Of a stretch of DNA of 5,364 bases, positions 5,236 to 5,364 are shown one piece after another. Each line of letters starts with the position of its first letter. Position 1 is the stretch's first letter. The notes under the pieces are model-generated. The model was given only the letters and a program-made list of their open reading frames with translations. It was not told where the DNA came from and searched no databases. Location of the stretch: the IMG/VR virus record IMGVR_UViG_2875713109_000006; one strand, written 5' to 3'. The stretch is from a virus (lineage: Duplodnaviria; Heunggongvirae; Uroviricota; Caudoviricetes). The position numbers and the translations under genes are program-made.

Positions 5236-5364
5236 ATGAATGAGTTCAAGAGGTGTATGCGCGTGTTTAGTCATTCTCCCTTTAAAGTACGGTTAATGCT
5301 GCTCTCTATGTTGTGCGATATGGTCAACAACAAACCGCAGCAAGATAAACCTTCCGATAAATAG
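5236..5364 (+). CDS. Small ORF (42 aa: MNEFKRCMRVFSHSPFKVRLMLLSMLCDMVNNKPQQDKPSDK), function unknown
   Basis: ATG at 5236 is preceded by a consensus AGGAGG (5226..5231) at 4 nt spacing. The TAG stop is the last three bases of the window. No motif recognised; it may be a host gene at the prophage junction or a phage moron. Confidence 0.4.
   Translation: MNEFKRCMRVFSHSPFKVRLMLLSMLCDMVNNKPQQDKPSDK

Noticed and set aside
1-5364. Other element classes: CRISPR array, tRNA/rRNA, transposase or IS element
   Set aside because: There are no regularly spaced repeats with unique spacers, no cloverleaf-like sequence near int, and no terminal inverted repeats or transposase motifs. The only mobile-element signature is the phage integrase itself.

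Overview
This window reads as the immunity/early-control region of a temperate P2/186-family phage (probably an integrated prophage in an enterobacterial genome). On the + strand a CI-type repressor gene (3448..4026) is followed, 1 nt after its stop, by a tyrosine integrase gene (4028..5068). Divergently, on the - strand, runs an early lytic operon: Apl/Cox-like HTH protein (3107..3328), CII-like activator (2573..3076), three tightly packed genes of unknown function (57, 142 and 133 aa), a conserved stem-loop, a 77-aa unknown gene and a DnaQ-like DEDDh 3'-5' exonuclease (555..1259). The ~120-bp apl-cI intergenic region carries several dyad symmetries and is the presumed lysis/lysogeny switch. 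Left of the exonuclease lies ~550 bp without convincing coding potential, containing an exact 10-bp tandem repeat, a hairpin and a markedly AT-rich tract. Right of int is an AT-rich spacer with direct repeats and a 42-codon ORF with a strong Shine-Dalgarno that ends exactly at the window edge. No rRNA, tRNA, CRISPR array or transposase was seen. Family assignments rest on reading the translated ORFs and on recollection of phage 186/P2 proteins, not on any database search. The most plausible places for undescribed biology are the unannotatable orf57-orf142-orf133 cassette, the orf77-exonuclease pair, and the palindromic elements in and around the switch.
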